Shown: positions 1-10,370 of the stretch, piece after piece
Position numbering within the stretch: position 1 is the stretch's first letter
How the letters are laid out: each line of letters starts with the position of its first letter
Assembly: GCA_965203905.1 (NCBI GenBank)
Contig: CBDBDQ010000005.1
Span: forward strand, 1,472,001-1,536,000
Reading direction: 5' to 3'
DNA length: 64,000 nt
From: Spirochaetia bacterium
GTDB taxonomy: Bacteria > Spirochaetota > Spirochaetia > SZUA-6 > Bin103
Made by a program: the position numbers and the translations under genes
Notes under the pieces: generated by a model
What the model saw: the letters and a program-made list of their open reading frames with translations, nothing else
The model's database searches: none
What the model was told of the DNA's origin: nothing

Positions 1-532
1 CCGCGCCGGCGCCATCCTGAGCGGCCTGGAGGCGGCGCAGTCGCGCTTCGTCCGCCGCTGCCAGACCGCCACCGCGGTGGCGCGTTTCCTGGCGGCCCAC
101 CCGCGGGTGGAACAGGTAAACCACCCCTCGTTGCCCGACCATCCGGACGCCGCCGTCGTCGCCGCCCACTACCGGCTGCCCGGCTCGATGATCAGCTTTC
201 GGGTGCGGGATGCCGACGAGGACGCCACCCGCCACGTGTGCGACGTGCTGGCCATGACCGGCGTGCCGCGCTACGCGCTGAGCTTCGACGGGCTGGCTAC
301 CAAGCTCAACCACCACCGGTCGGTTTCGGAGTACTTCACCGCCGCAGGCGAGGTGCTGCGCATCGGCGTGGACCGGCTGATCCGTCTCGGCATCGGCGTG
401 GAGGCGGCGGACGACCTGATCGCGTGCCTGAACTGGGCGCTGTGGCGTGCCCCGGAGGTCGCGCCCGAGGAGGTGACGGCGTGGCGGCGGCGGCGGCGGG
501 CGGAACTGGACCTGGCGCCAGAGCCGCGCTAG
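1..532 (+). CDS. PLP-dependent Cys/Met metabolism family enzyme (cystathionine gamma-synthase-like), 5'-truncated by window edge
   Basis: Frame open from window start; C-terminal motifs HPRVEQVNHPSL, GSMISF, LIRLGIGVEAADDLIACL typical of the Cys_Met_Meta_PP family. Confidence 0.75.
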   Translation, partial: RAGAILSGLEAAQSRFVRRCQTATAVARFLAAHPRVEQVNHPSLPDHPDAAVVAAHYRLPGSMISFRVRDADEDATRHVCDVLAMTGVPRYALSFDGLATKLNHHRSVSEYFTAAGEVLRIGVDRLIRLGIGVEAADDLIACLNWALWRAPEVAPEEVTAWRRRRRAELDLAPEPR

Positions 533-668
533 GAGGCTGGCGGATTGCGACAGCCTCCTGGGGATCGGACGGGATGGGCCAAGAGCGCCGCCGCGGGCGG
601 CGCTTGGGGGCGCTGGCAGCCCGTGGTGGAACCCGGCGTCGCACCGGGAGCGGCGCGGCAGTAACGGC

Positions 669-1589
669 ATGTCGGGGAACGGCCCGTTCGTGGTGGTCGG
701 GATCGGGGAGCTGCTGTGGGACCTGTTCCCGGGCGGCCGCCGCGAGTTGGGCGGCGCGGTGGCCAACCTCGCGTACCACGCGACCCAGCTCGGCGACCGC
801 GGGGTCGTGGCCAGCCGCGTCGGCCGCGACGCGCCCGGTGACGACCTGGCGGCACGGCTGCAGGAGCTGGGGGTGGACTGCAGCCACCTGCAACGCGACG
901 CCGAGCATCCCACCGGAACGGTGGACGTGAACCTGACGGCCGCCGGCCACCCCAGCTACACCATCCACGAGCGGGTGGCGTACGACTTCCCCGTGCTGGA
1001 CCGGCGCTGGCAGCGGCTGGCGGCGCGCACCGACGCGGTCACCTTCGGCACCCTGGCGCAGCGCACCGCGACCGGCGCCGGGGTGATCGCGCGCTTCCTG
1101 GCGGCCTGTGCGCCCGGTTGCGTGCGCCTGCTGGACGTCAACCTGCGGCAACGGTTCTGGTCGCAGCGGTTGCTGGAGCGTTCCCTGCGCGCCGCCACGG
1201 CGCTGAAGCTCAACGACGAGGAACTGCCTGCGGTGGCGGCGGCGGCAGGCGTCTCCGGCGCCACCGCGGACGCCGTCCTGTGCCGTCTGGCGGAACGTTT
1301 CGACCTGCGCCTGGCGTGCCTGACCCGCGGCGCCGGCGGCTGCCTGCTGGTTGCGGAAGGCGGGCAGCGCGTCGCGCATCCCGGCACCCGGGTGCCGGTG
1401 GCCGACACCGTCGGCGCCGGCGACGCCTTCGCCGCGGCCGTCCTCTACCACCTGCTGCGGGGCAGCAGCCTGCAACGGATGGCGGCGGCGGCCAACGACT
1501 ACGCGGCGTTCGTGGCCACCCGGCGCGGCGGCACGCCACCGGTGCCGGGGCCGGTGGCACGCCGCGCCCGCGCCGGGGAGGCCCCTTGA
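669..1589 (+). CDS. PfkB family carbohydrate kinase (fructokinase-like)
   Basis: GIGELLWD, GGAVANLA and DTVGAGDAF PfkB signatures. Confidence 0.93.
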   Translation: MSGNGPFVVVGIGELLWDLFPGGRRELGGAVANLAYHATQLGDRGVVASRVGRDAPGDDLAARLQELGVDCSHLQRDAEHPTGTVDVNLTAAGHPSYTIHERVAYDFPVLDRRWQRLAARTDAVTFGTLAQRTATGAGVIARFLAACAPGCVRLLDVNLRQRFWSQRLLERSLRAATALKLNDEELPAVAAAAGVSGATADAVLCRLAERFDLRLACLTRGAGGCLLVAEGGQRVAHPGTRVPVADTVGAGDAFAAAVLYHLLRGSSLQRMAAAANDYAAFVATRRGGTPPVPGPVARRARAGEAP

Positions 1590-2401
1590 GCCCCGTGACC
1601 ACGCTGGTCGACACCCATTGCCACCTGGACGACGCGCGCTTCGCCGCCGATCGGGACGCCGTCGTGGAGCGTGCCGCCGCCGCGGGTGTCACGCGCGCGG
1701 TAATCCCGGCGACCTGCGTCGACGCGGCCCGCGCCGCGCTGGAGTTGGCCGAGCGGCACGTGGGGCTGCGCGTGGCCGTGGGTGTGCATCCGCTGTGGTG
1801 CGCCACCCACGGCTCCCTGTCCGAGACCATCGCGCAACTGCGCGAGCTGGCGCAGGCGCCGGCCGTGGTCGCCATCGGCGAGATCGGGCTCGACTTCCTG
1901 CGCGGTCCGGCGCCGGCCCTGCAGACGCGCTGGCTCGACGCCCAGCTCGACCTGGCCGCCGCCGCCGCACTGCCGGTGATCCTGCACAACCGCGACGCCA
2001 CGCGGGAGTTGCTGGCCCGGCTGCGCGCCTGGGGCGAGCGCGCCACGCTGCCGCAGCCCGCGGGCGTCCTGCATGCCTTCAGCGCGGGCCGCAGCGCCGC
2101 CGACTGGGCGCTCGCCGCCGGCTTCTACCTCGGCATCGGCGGCATGCTCACGTTCCGCAACGCCGCCGACCTGCGCCAGCTCGCGGCGCTGCTGCCCGGC
2201 GATCGGCTGGTGCTGGAGACCGATGCCCCCTACCTCGCCCCCGAGCCGCTGCGCGGGCGCCGCAACGAGCCGGCGTTCGTGCGCCACGTCGCCGAGCGGC
2301 TGGCGCTGCTGCGCGGCACCGATGCGGCTCACATCGCCCTGCAGACGACCGGCAACGCGCTACGCCTGTTCCCGCGCCTCGGCGGCCCGCTGCCCGGCTG
2401 A
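1586..2401 (+). CDS. tatD: TatD family DNase/hydrolase
   Basis: DTHCHL, VGVHP, AIGEIGLD, LHNR, LETDAPYLAP, RNEP motifs; TTG start overlapping the pfkB stop (alternative GTG at 1595). Confidence 0.93.
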   Translation: MSPVTTLVDTHCHLDDARFAADRDAVVERAAAAGVTRAVIPATCVDAARAALELAERHVGLRVAVGVHPLWCATHGSLSETIAQLRELAQAPAVVAIGEIGLDFLRGPAPALQTRWLDAQLDLAAAAALPVILHNRDATRELLARLRAWGERATLPQPAGVLHAFSAGRSAADWALAAGFYLGIGGMLTFRNAADLRQLAALLPGDRLVLETDAPYLAPEPLRGRRNEPAFVRHVAERLALLRGTDAAHIALQTTGNALRLFPRLGGPLPG

Positions 2402-3439
2402 CGGTGACTGCCAAAATGGTGTGGCGTCGCACAATATATGCGCAAAGGCACTCGACCTTCGCAAGGTTCGATTGAGCCGTGGCGGTCCATTACCACGGGC
2501 TTGCCTGCGAGTTGTGCGGTTCGACGAAGCTCTCGATTCTGCTTCTGGGAAACACGAGTAGTCGGCACCGTCGGGAACGAGCTGGAAGCCGAGAGCGGGA
2601 CTTGGAAGTCGACGTTCATGGCGTTTGCGTCCTGCCGCGGGTGCAGGAACACGGGGTTGTCATCGTAGAGGTTGGGGCGGGTGACCAGGTGGGAGATGAT
2701 GCGTGCCATCCTGGTGTGTGGGGTTCGTCTTTGGTTCCCGGCTCGAGTAACTCACCGGCTGCGCAGTGTGCCGGAGCCTGGTCCTTGCGGCCAGTGTAGC
2801 TACCGCGCCCATTCACGGTTCGATTCAGGATTTCTTTGATCCACGGATAACCTTTACCCGCGAGTGGATTGGGACGCCATGAAGAACCCTTGCCTCCAGA
2901 TCCATCCTAGTTCGCACGGTACAAGGATCCCCTTACCCGGCTCATCGGCCCGGTCCAATACATTCTGTCGTGAGCTGTCGTGATTCATATGGACTCCAGC
3001 ATCTTGTCAATCACGTCCCACTAAGATCGTATTCCCTGCCACAGCCAAGTCAGCGACTGATCCGATTGCCTCGTCACCACTGGCTCTGTCTCTCCGGTTG
3101 ACAGGCATCTGCAGTCTCGACGTAGATCCAACTTCCCGCGACGACTAAGGCGCCAATTGAATAGGCAAGGAGTCCGCGCGGCCCTACGCCACATGGAAGC
3201 TCAGCGTCCACCATCTCGACCACTTCCGGGTGCGATCCTCCAGCGTGCCAATACAACTTGTTTCCCGTACATCAAGCGGTCCGTCACCGCGCCCCGGAAG
3301 AGAGTCCGCCACTGTCGTCGCCCAGCATATTGTATTTTGCGCCCGGCGCAGTTACGTGCCCTGCAGCGCTCTGCGCAACGACGCTCCCAGCTCTCAGGTC
3401 CTTGAGCCGTCGTCGCAGCGCCCGGACAGTCATAACGCT

Positions 3440-3700
3440 GACTTCCGGAAGCCTAGTCAAATTGACGAATTGGCGTATACAGGTCCACGAACCCCGAAAT
3501 CCGCCATTTCGCGAATGGACCTGTGGAGTATCGTACCCGAATCGTCGCCCAAGCACCGAATCTCTTTCGCGAAGTCGCGAATCGGGCTGCGAGTTCGCGA
3601 ATCTACTCCGAAGCTCGCAATTTCGCGACGGATCGGGCTCAACTCACGAATTGGCGTAAGCGCGAATGGACCTGTCGCGTGTCACCTCTAGGCGCGACAC
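3440..3700. repeat. Degenerate tandem repeat tract rich in TCGCGA/CGAAT motifs (about 55-60 nt period)
   Basis: Recurring ATTTCGCGA, CGCGAATGGACCTGT (twice), CGAATTGGCGTA (twice), ATCGGGCT (twice). Confidence 0.45.
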
Positions 3701-4379
3701 CGGCTTGGATACGCAAATCCTTATATTAGAATACTTTATGCAGAGACTCGACATGCCCGGCGAGGATCGGGGTTGCTCATACCGGCCTTGTGCGGTGACG
3801 TCCGGGTGCGGCCGTCCGCGACCTGCTCAGGCTCCTCCAGGCGAACGGTTGGGAGCTCGATCGCATCCGCCGTTCACATCACATTCTGATGAAGGGGAGC
3901 GACCGTCTCGGTTCCGGTGCACGGCTCGGGAGACGTGTCGAAAGGGCTCTGCGAAGTTGGACGCTGGCTGGCATGTCGTGGAGCGCGCCCACGAAGCCCG
4001 CGCGCTCCAGCCTGGCGGCGAAATCCGCGCGGCTGAGGGCTGACCGCGGCGGCCCTCCCTGGCCCTCCACGAATCGGTCCAGCTTCTTGACGAGCGCCAG
4101 CCCGGCCCCGGTACCAGGTGCCTGCGGCGCCGGTAGTCGACAACCAACCTGCTTCCCGGGGCCGTGACAGCGGCTATCTTGGTCGTGCCCGCCGCTCATC
4201 GCTTCTCTGGACAGGTAGGGTGGAGTGCTTGCTGCGAATACCGCACCAAGGGCTGGTGTGCGGCACCGACTTGCTGGCGAACGGGAACTGAACATCCGCA
4301 CTCTACTACGACCTGTTGCGCCGGGCCGAGGGGAGGAACGGGCCGCACGTACGCACGTCCGCAGCGCACGGACCGGGAA

Positions 4380-4873
4380 TTCTTCGTGGGCTAGCCGAAC
4401 CCGTCGACGCGGGAGGTGGGACTCCGAATACATCGAGATGATCGCGCGCCTGCTGCCCCAATTCAGTCCGTTGGTCCGCGTGCGGCACGCGTTTGGTCCG
4501 CGTCTCGCCCCTGGGCACCTGGTGCGGCGGCCTGCTCAACCCACGCCATGGTGGGCGGATCTACCTGGACCGGAGCCGCAGGATTGTCGAGGTCAACGCG
4601 CGCGCCCGCGAGATCGCGACGGCCTGCTGCGCCCGCGCGGCAGAATACGATGCACAGTTCGCAAGGATAGTGGCGAAGGCGCTGCCGCGAGACGGCCGCC
4701 GTGGCGAGAGCCAGGTGGCGGCGGCGCTGGCCGAAGGCAGCTCGGTCCGCGAGATTGCCGAGACTACGTTTCGCGCAGAGAGCACGGTACGGTGGCTCAT
4801 CAAGCAGACCCACAGCAAGTTGCGAATCTCGCGGTTGGCCGAGCTGGTACGGATGGTGCCGGCCGTACGCTGA
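4380..4873 (+). pseudogene. Frameshifted LuxR-family (PAS-like + HTH) transcriptional regulator remnant
   Basis: IEMIARLLPQ..VRVRHA in one frame, then LDRSRRIVEVNARAREI and LAEGSSVREIAETTFRAESTVRWLIKQTHSKL (LuxR HTH) in another; internal deletion apparent. Confidence 0.7.
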
Positions 4874-4991
4874 ACCGAGGAACGGGAGATCGCGCGTCGG
4901 GCTTGCGCCGGAGCACGGGCGCCCCTGCGCGACGCTGATGTCCGCTGGGATTGCTGGGCTCCATTCGACTGAGGAACCGTAGAGAGGGCCG

Positions 4992-5957
4992 TTGACCGTG
5001 CCGGTGGCGGTGCCTATGCTGCGTCCCATGAGAGTTGCAGGGTTGCTCCGCGTCGCGCTGGCGCTGGGTCTCTTTGCCGCGGCGTTTAGCGGCTGTTCGC
5101 TCAACCGTCTTGCTACGCAGACCGTGGCCGGGATGATCAGTGGTGAAGGGAGCAACGCCGTCATGGCCGGCGACGGCGACCCGCAACTGGTGGGGGAGGC
5201 CCTGCCCTTTACCCTCAAGCTGCACGAATTGCTGCTCTCCGAGTTGCCGGACGACGCCGAGCTGCAACTCGCCACGGGACGCGGCTTCGTAGTCTACGCC
5301 GCGTCGTACGTGCAGCGCCCCGCGGAACGCCTGCCCAACCGCGACATCAGTCTGCGCATCGCCGAGCTGGAGCGCGCCAACCTGCTCTACCTGCGCGCCC
5401 GCGAACACGTGCTGACCGGCATCGAACTGCGCCATCCGGGGTTTCGGGAACTGCTCGACCGCGGTGAGCTGGATGCGGCGCTGGCGCTGGCCGACGCCTC
5501 CAGCATCGACTACTTCTACTGGTCGGGTGCAGCGTGGATGGGTGCCGTGTCGACCGACCCCGCGAACATGGAACTGGTCTCCAGCGCGCGCCTTGCAGAG
5601 GGGCTGCTGGAGCAGGTCGCGGCCTGGGACGAGGCCTACGGCGGCGGTGCGGCACACGACATTCTCCTGGCCTACTACGCCAGTCTCCCGGAGGCCCTCG
5701 GCGGCGGCGCAGCCCGAGCGCAGCAGCACTTCGAGCTCGCGGTTGCCGCCAGCGACGGCATCCGGGCGCGTCCCTACGTCGGCATGGCGACCACGGTCGC
5801 GATCATGCAACAGGACCAGGAGCTGTTCCGCAACCTCCTGGACCAGGCCCTTGCCACACCCCTGGATGTTCCGGAGTACCGGCTCCAGAACACGCTCGAT
5901 CAGCAACACGCCGTCTGGCTGTTGGAACACATGGAGGACTACTTTTATGAACTGTGA
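4992..5957 (+). CDS. TRAP transporter TatT component (TPR-like lipoprotein of the TPAT system)
   Basis: Lipobox FSG-C, DPQLVGEALPFTLK motif, located upstream of DctP and DctQM genes; start could be 5016 or 5028. Confidence 0.85.
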   Translation: MTVPVAVPMLRPMRVAGLLRVALALGLFAAAFSGCSLNRLATQTVAGMISGEGSNAVMAGDGDPQLVGEALPFTLKLHELLLSELPDDAELQLATGRGFVVYAASYVQRPAERLPNRDISLRIAELERANLLYLRAREHVLTGIELRHPGFRELLDRGELDAALALADASSIDYFYWSGAAWMGAVSTDPANMELVSSARLAEGLLEQVAAWDEAYGGGAAHDILLAYYASLPEALGGGAARAQQHFELAVAASDGIRARPYVGMATTVAIMQQDQELFRNLLDQALATPLDVPEYRLQNTLDQQHAVWLLEHMEDYFYEL

Positions 5958-6993
5958 CGGAACCGGCTCCCGCGGGAGCATCGCAGGAAGCGGCTGGTTG
6001 CGGCGCACCGTACTGGTGGGGGTGCTGGCATTGGTGTGCGCCGCCGGCGCATCCGCGCTCACCATCAAGCTCGGGACGCTGGCGCCGGCCAACACGCCCT
6101 GGGACCTGGTGCTGCGCCGCCTGGCGGCGGAGTGGTCGCGCATCTCGGACGGGGAAGTCGAGATGAAGATATTTCCCGGCGGCATCGCCGGGACCGAACC
6201 GGACATGATCCGCAAGATGCGAATCGGCCAGCTTCAGGCCGCCGCTCTCACCGCCGGCAGCATCAACAGCGACATCTACCCCGGCGCGCAGGTGTTGGAC
6301 ATGCCGCTGCTGATCCGCACCGACGAGGAGATGCACGCGGTACTGGAGGAGGTCACTCCCTACTTCGACCAAGAGCTGGAGAAGCGCGGCTTCGTGGCGC
6401 TGATGTGGGCCCACATCGGCTGGGTCAAGCTGTTCTCCCGCACCCCCGTGAACACCACCGACGACCTCCGCGGCCAACCGCTCTGGGTCGGCAACGTCGA
6501 TGCGGAGGAGATCCGGGTCTGGCAGCGGGCGGGCTTCAACGTGGTGGCGTTGCCGGTGACGGAGCTCACCACGGCGCTGCAAAGCGGCATGATCGACGCT
6601 TTCTTCTCCAGCCCGCTGGCGGCCGCGGCGTTTCAGTGGTTCGGAATCGCGCCGCACATGAACGACCTCAGAATCGCACCGCTGTACGCGGGCCTGCTCA
6701 TCACCAAGCGCACCTGGGAGCGCATTCCGGCCGACATCCGACCTCGCTTCCGCGCCGTGGCGCAGGTGATCGCCGAACAGTTGAGCACCGGCGCCCGCGA
6801 GCAGGACGACCTGGCGCTGCAGGTCATGCAGGCGCACGGACTGCAGGTACACGCGCCGACCGCCGAGCTGGAACAGAGTTGGAAGCAACTCGCCAGCGGC
6901 GAGTTCCGCAGCCTGGTCGGGGACGTGATCGATCCCGAAGTGTACCGTCTGGTGACCGACAGGCTCACCGCCCTTCGCGCCACCGGCAACTGA
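5947..6993 (+). CDS. dctP: TRAP transporter substrate-binding protein DctP (TatP-type)
   Basis: Signal peptide then IKLGTLAPANTPW, GGIAGTEPDMIRKMRIGQLQAA, TALQSGMID. Confidence 0.9.
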   Translation: MNCDGTGSRGSIAGSGWLRRTVLVGVLALVCAAGASALTIKLGTLAPANTPWDLVLRRLAAEWSRISDGEVEMKIFPGGIAGTEPDMIRKMRIGQLQAAALTAGSINSDIYPGAQVLDMPLLIRTDEEMHAVLEEVTPYFDQELEKRGFVALMWAHIGWVKLFSRTPVNTTDDLRGQPLWVGNVDAEEIRVWQRAGFNVVALPVTELTTALQSGMIDAFFSSPLAAAAFQWFGIAPHMNDLRIAPLYAGLLITKRTWERIPADIRPRFRAVAQVIAEQLSTGAREQDDLALQVMQAHGLQVHAPTAELEQSWKQLASGEFRSLVGDVIDPEVYRLVTDRLTALRATGN

Positions 6994-7021
6994 CGTCGTG
7001 CCTCACTGACGTCATGTCTGA

Positions 7022-8956
7022 TTGACACCCACACCGCCCGCCGGGGCTGAGCCGGCCCCCTCGGTCTCCTCGCCGCGCGGGTTGCTGGCGCGGGTGGAGG
7101 ATGGCGCGGTTACCACGGCGCTGTTCCTGCTCGCCCTGCTCCCGGTGGCGAACGTGATCGTCCGCCTGGTGGGCAGCGGTGGGCTCGCTGCCAGCACCGA
7201 GTACGTGCGCCACCTCACGCTGTGGGTGGCGTTGCTCGGCGGCATCGTCACCACGCGCCGCGGCGCTCACCTGGCCCTCAGCAGTGGCCTCCATCGGCTG
7301 GCCGGTGCGTGGGGTGAGCGGGTGCGGGCCGCGGCCAGCGCCCTCTCGGTGGTGGTCACCACGGCGCTTGCCGCGAGCGCGCTGTCCCTGGTGCTGCTGG
7401 CGTTCGACCCGGCGCAGCGGGTGGGTGGGATCCCGATCCAGGCGGCGACCGCCATCCTGCCGCTGGGATTCGGGGCGATGGCCGCGCGCTTCGTGGCGGA
7501 GGCGTTCCACCGGGGCAGCGGCCGCGTTGCCGTGCTGCTGGCCATCCCGGGCGGTCTGCTGGTGGGCTGCGGCCCGCTGGTCAACACGCTCGTGGTGCTG
7601 GCACCGGCCTACCTGCCGAGCTACTCCCTGGTGCTGGCGGTTGCCGACGCCGCCGCCGCGCTGCGCCTGCCGCTGGTGCTGGCGCTGGTGGCTTCGGCAT
7701 TTATCGGCACCCCGATCTTCGTGATCCTGAGCGGGTTCACGGTGCTGCAGTTCCTGGCCACCGGCGGCGCCCTGGAGGTGGTGCCGGACGAGGCGTACGC
7801 CATGCTGTCACAGCCGCTGGTACCGGCGCTGCCGCTGTTCACGCTGGCCGGCTTCGTGCTCTCCGAGAGCCAGGCGGGCGCCCGTCTGATCCGCGTGTTC
7901 CGGGCCTGGTTCAGCTGGTTCCGCGGCGGTCTCGCGGTGATGGCGGTGCTGCTGTGCGCTTTCTTCACCACCTTCACCGGGGCCTCCGGGGTGACCATTC
8001 TCGCGCTCGGCGGGCTGCTGCTGTTCATGCTCGCCGAGAACGGCTACCGGGAACGGTTCTCCATCGGACTGCTCACCGCCTCCGGCAGCATCGGGCTGCT
8101 GTTTCCGCCCGCGCTACCGATCATCATGTACGGCGTGATCGCCCAGATCGACATTCGCCAACTGTTCGTGGGCGGGTTCCTGCCGGGGCTGGTGATGGTG
8201 CTGGCGCTGGCGGCGTTCGGCATCTTTCACGGCTTGCGACGCCAGGCGGACGGCGCCGCGCCAAGGCGCACCACCGACACCCGCTTCAGCCTGCGCCAGG
8301 CGCTGCTGGCTGCGCGCGGTGCGGGCTGGGAGCTGGCGTTGCCGGTGCTGGTCGTGCTGCTGTACTTCGGCGGCGTCACCACGCTGGTGGAAACCGCGGC
8401 CGTGGCCGTCGTCTACGTGCTGCTGGTGGAGGTGGTGGTGCACCGTGACCTCACCGTGCGCACGCTGCCGCAGGTGCTGGCCAAGTGCACCCCGATCATC
8501 GGCGGCGTGCTGGTGATCCTGGCCGTGGCCAAGGGCCTCTCCTACTTCATGGTGGACGCCGAGGTGCCCACCCGTCTGGTGGAGTGGGTGAGCGGCGGCA
8601 TCAGCTCGCGCCTGCTGTTTCTGATCCTCCTCAACCTTACCCTGCTGGTCGCGGGAGCGCTGATGGACATCTTCTCGGCCATCGTGGTGCTCGGCCCGCT
8701 GCTGATCCCGCTGGGCATCTCCTACGGCGTGCATCCGGTCCACCTCGGCATCATCTTTCTGGCCAACCTGGAGCTCGGGTACCTGACGCCGCCCGTAGGC
8801 ATCAACCTGTTCCTGGCTTCCTACCGCTTCGACCGCGACCTGGTGCAGATCTACCGTACGGTGGTGCCGTTCCTGGTGGTACTGGTCGCGGTCGTGCTGG
8901 TGATCACCTACGTGCCTGCGCTGACCACCGGGCTGCTGTCGGTGATCCGCTTCTGA
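7022..8956 (+). CDS. TRAP transporter fused small/large permease (DctQM)
   Basis: Multi-TM protein; [37 protein letters not shown] DctM motifs. Confidence 0.92.
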   Translation: MTPTPPAGAEPAPSVSSPRGLLARVEDGAVTTALFLLALLPVANVIVRLVGSGGLAASTEYVRHLTLWVALLGGIVTTRRGAHLALSSGLHRLAGAWGERVRAAASALSVVVTTALAASALSLVLLAFDPAQRVGGIPIQAATAILPLGFGAMAARFVAEAFHRGSGRVAVLLAIPGGLLVGCGPLVNTLVVLAPAYLPSYSLVLAVADAAAALRLPLVLALVASAFIGTPIFVILSGFTVLQFLATGGALEVVPDEAYAMLSQPLVPALPLFTLAGFVLSESQAGARLIRVFRAWFSWFRGGLAVMAVLLCAFFTTFTGASGVTILALGGLLLFMLAENGYRERFSIGLLTASGSIGLLFPPALPIIMYGVIAQIDIRQLFVGGFLPGLVMVLALAAFGIFHGLRRQADGAAPRRTTDTRFSLRQALLAARGAGWELALPVLVVLLYFGGVTTLVETAAVAVVYVLLVEVVVHRDLTVRTLPQVLAKCTPIIGGVLVILAVAKGLSYFMVDAEVPTRLVEWVSGGISSRLLFLILLNLTLLVAGALMDIFSAIVVLGPLLIPLGISYGVHPVHLGIIFLANLELGYLTPPVGINLFLASYRFDRDLVQIYRTVVPFLVVLVAVVLVITYVPALTTGLLSVIRF

Positions 8957-9005
8957 CGCTGACGGGCGGCGTCATTCGCGCTACCCTGGCGCGGGACATG
9001 CAGTC

Positions 9006-9416
9006 GTGAGTGATCCCTACCTGGAGCGCTACTGGAAGCGCTGGCGCTGGGCAACCTGGCTGCTCTCCGCCTCCGTGCTGGCCTCCCTCGCGATCGGCGC
9101 CGGCATCGGCTGGGAGGGCAAGGACACCGCGGTGCGCATCCAGGACATCGCCATCGCCCTGGTCTCCTGCGTGGTCACCTTCCTGGTCCTGCGCTGGTGC
9201 GCCGGAGCCATGCGCCGCTTCAGCGACCGCTACCTGATGACCCCCGCCAAGGCGGCGGCGCTGGTGGAGGAAGCCCTGGCCAAGGGGCTGCTGCCGCGGG
9301 AGTACCGCCGCTCGCCGGCACGCGACCGGCGGGTTGCCAAGACCATTCGCTACGACCGCAAGATCGGGTTCAGCGAAGCCGAGATCGAAAAGGACCTGGA
9401 AGAGTTCGTCTCCTGA
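9006..9416 (+). CDS. Hypothetical membrane protein (2 predicted TM segments)
   Basis: Coding-like GC3 pattern, two hydrophobic stretches, charged C-terminus. Confidence 0.7.
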   Translation: MSDPYLERYWKRWRWATWLLSASVLASLAIGAGIGWEGKDTAVRIQDIAIALVSCVVTFLVLRWCAGAMRRFSDRYLMTPAKAAALVEEALAKGLLPREYRRSPARDRRVAKTIRYDRKIGFSEAEIEKDLEEFVS

Positions 9417-9515
9417 GCGCAGCCGCAGCGGGCGCAGCCGGCCCCGCCGGCCCCAAGCCACCCTTGAAAACGGCGCGCCGCCGGGTTAGTCTGGCGGCGC
9501 GGAGGTTGACGGCCC

Positions 9516-10352
9516 GTGGCCGATACGCACGCACAGATTCCCTACCTGCTCCAGCTCCTCGATGACGACACCGCCGGGGTACGGCGAAGGGTGATGCTTG
9601 CCCTGGAGGAGTTGGGACCGGATCTGGAGATGCTGGCGCAGCCTCACCTGGCGGATCTCAATCCCGACCAGGAGAGTGCGTTGCAACGTGTGCTGACGCG
9701 CCAGCGCAAGAACTGGTTGCGGGAGCAGTGGCCGCGGTGGTCGGCCGCGGACGGGCGCACGGCGCAGATCGAAACCGCCATGAGCCTGCTGGCGCGCTTC
9801 CAGCTGGGTGTCGACTTCCCGCTGGCGCTCGGTGACCTGCTCGACAGTCTGGCCGAGGAGGCGGACGCCTCGCGGCGCCGCCGCAGCGTGTTCGGCCTGG
9901 CCAAGTTCCTGTTCGAGGACTACGGCTTGCGCGGCAATCGCGACGATTACTACAACCCGCTCAACAGCAACCTGATCTCGGTGATCCTCTCCCGGCGCGG
10001 CATCCCGATCAGCCTGGTGGCGATCTACATGCTGGTGGGGCAGCGCCTCGGGCTCGACATCGAAGGGTGCAACGTACCGCGGCACTTCCTGGCGCGCGCC
10101 ATCCACGACGGCCGTATCGTGCTGGTCGACTGCTTCGACCGCGGCCGGGTGGTGGAGGCCGAGAAACTGATCGGCCGCACCTCGGCCAACCTGCGCCAGC
10201 TGCAGATGCTGCGCGGCGGCGCCAGCTCGGTACGCACCGTGCAGCGCACGCTGCAGAATCTGAATCATGCCTATCGTCGCGCCGGGGAGCATGACCTCAG
10301 CGCCTTCATGATCGAACTGCTCGGCAGCACCGCCCGGCGCGAGGCCGGCTAG
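9516..10352 (+). CDS. SirB1/transglutaminase-like (Transglut_core2) protein
   Basis: GNRDDYYNPLNSNL..V..RRGIPISL..IY and PRHFL motifs. Confidence 0.88.
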   Translation: MADTHAQIPYLLQLLDDDTAGVRRRVMLALEELGPDLEMLAQPHLADLNPDQESALQRVLTRQRKNWLREQWPRWSAADGRTAQIETAMSLLARFQLGVDFPLALGDLLDSLAEEADASRRRRSVFGLAKFLFEDYGLRGNRDDYYNPLNSNLISVILSRRGIPISLVAIYMLVGQRLGLDIEGCNVPRHFLARAIHDGRIVLVDCFDRGRVVEAEKLIGRTSANLRQLQMLRGGASSVRTVQRTLQNLNHAYRRAGEHDLSAFMIELLGSTARREAG

Positions 10353-10370
10353 CGCATCACGCCGCCGCCC

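Noticed and set aside
2329-2709. 126-aa minus-strand ORF
   Set aside because: No recognisable motif, atypical composition and overlap with the tatD 3' end; cannot be supported
3440-3700. Possible CRISPR array
   Set aside because: Repeats are degenerate with no fixed repeat/unique spacer pattern; no cas genes in the window
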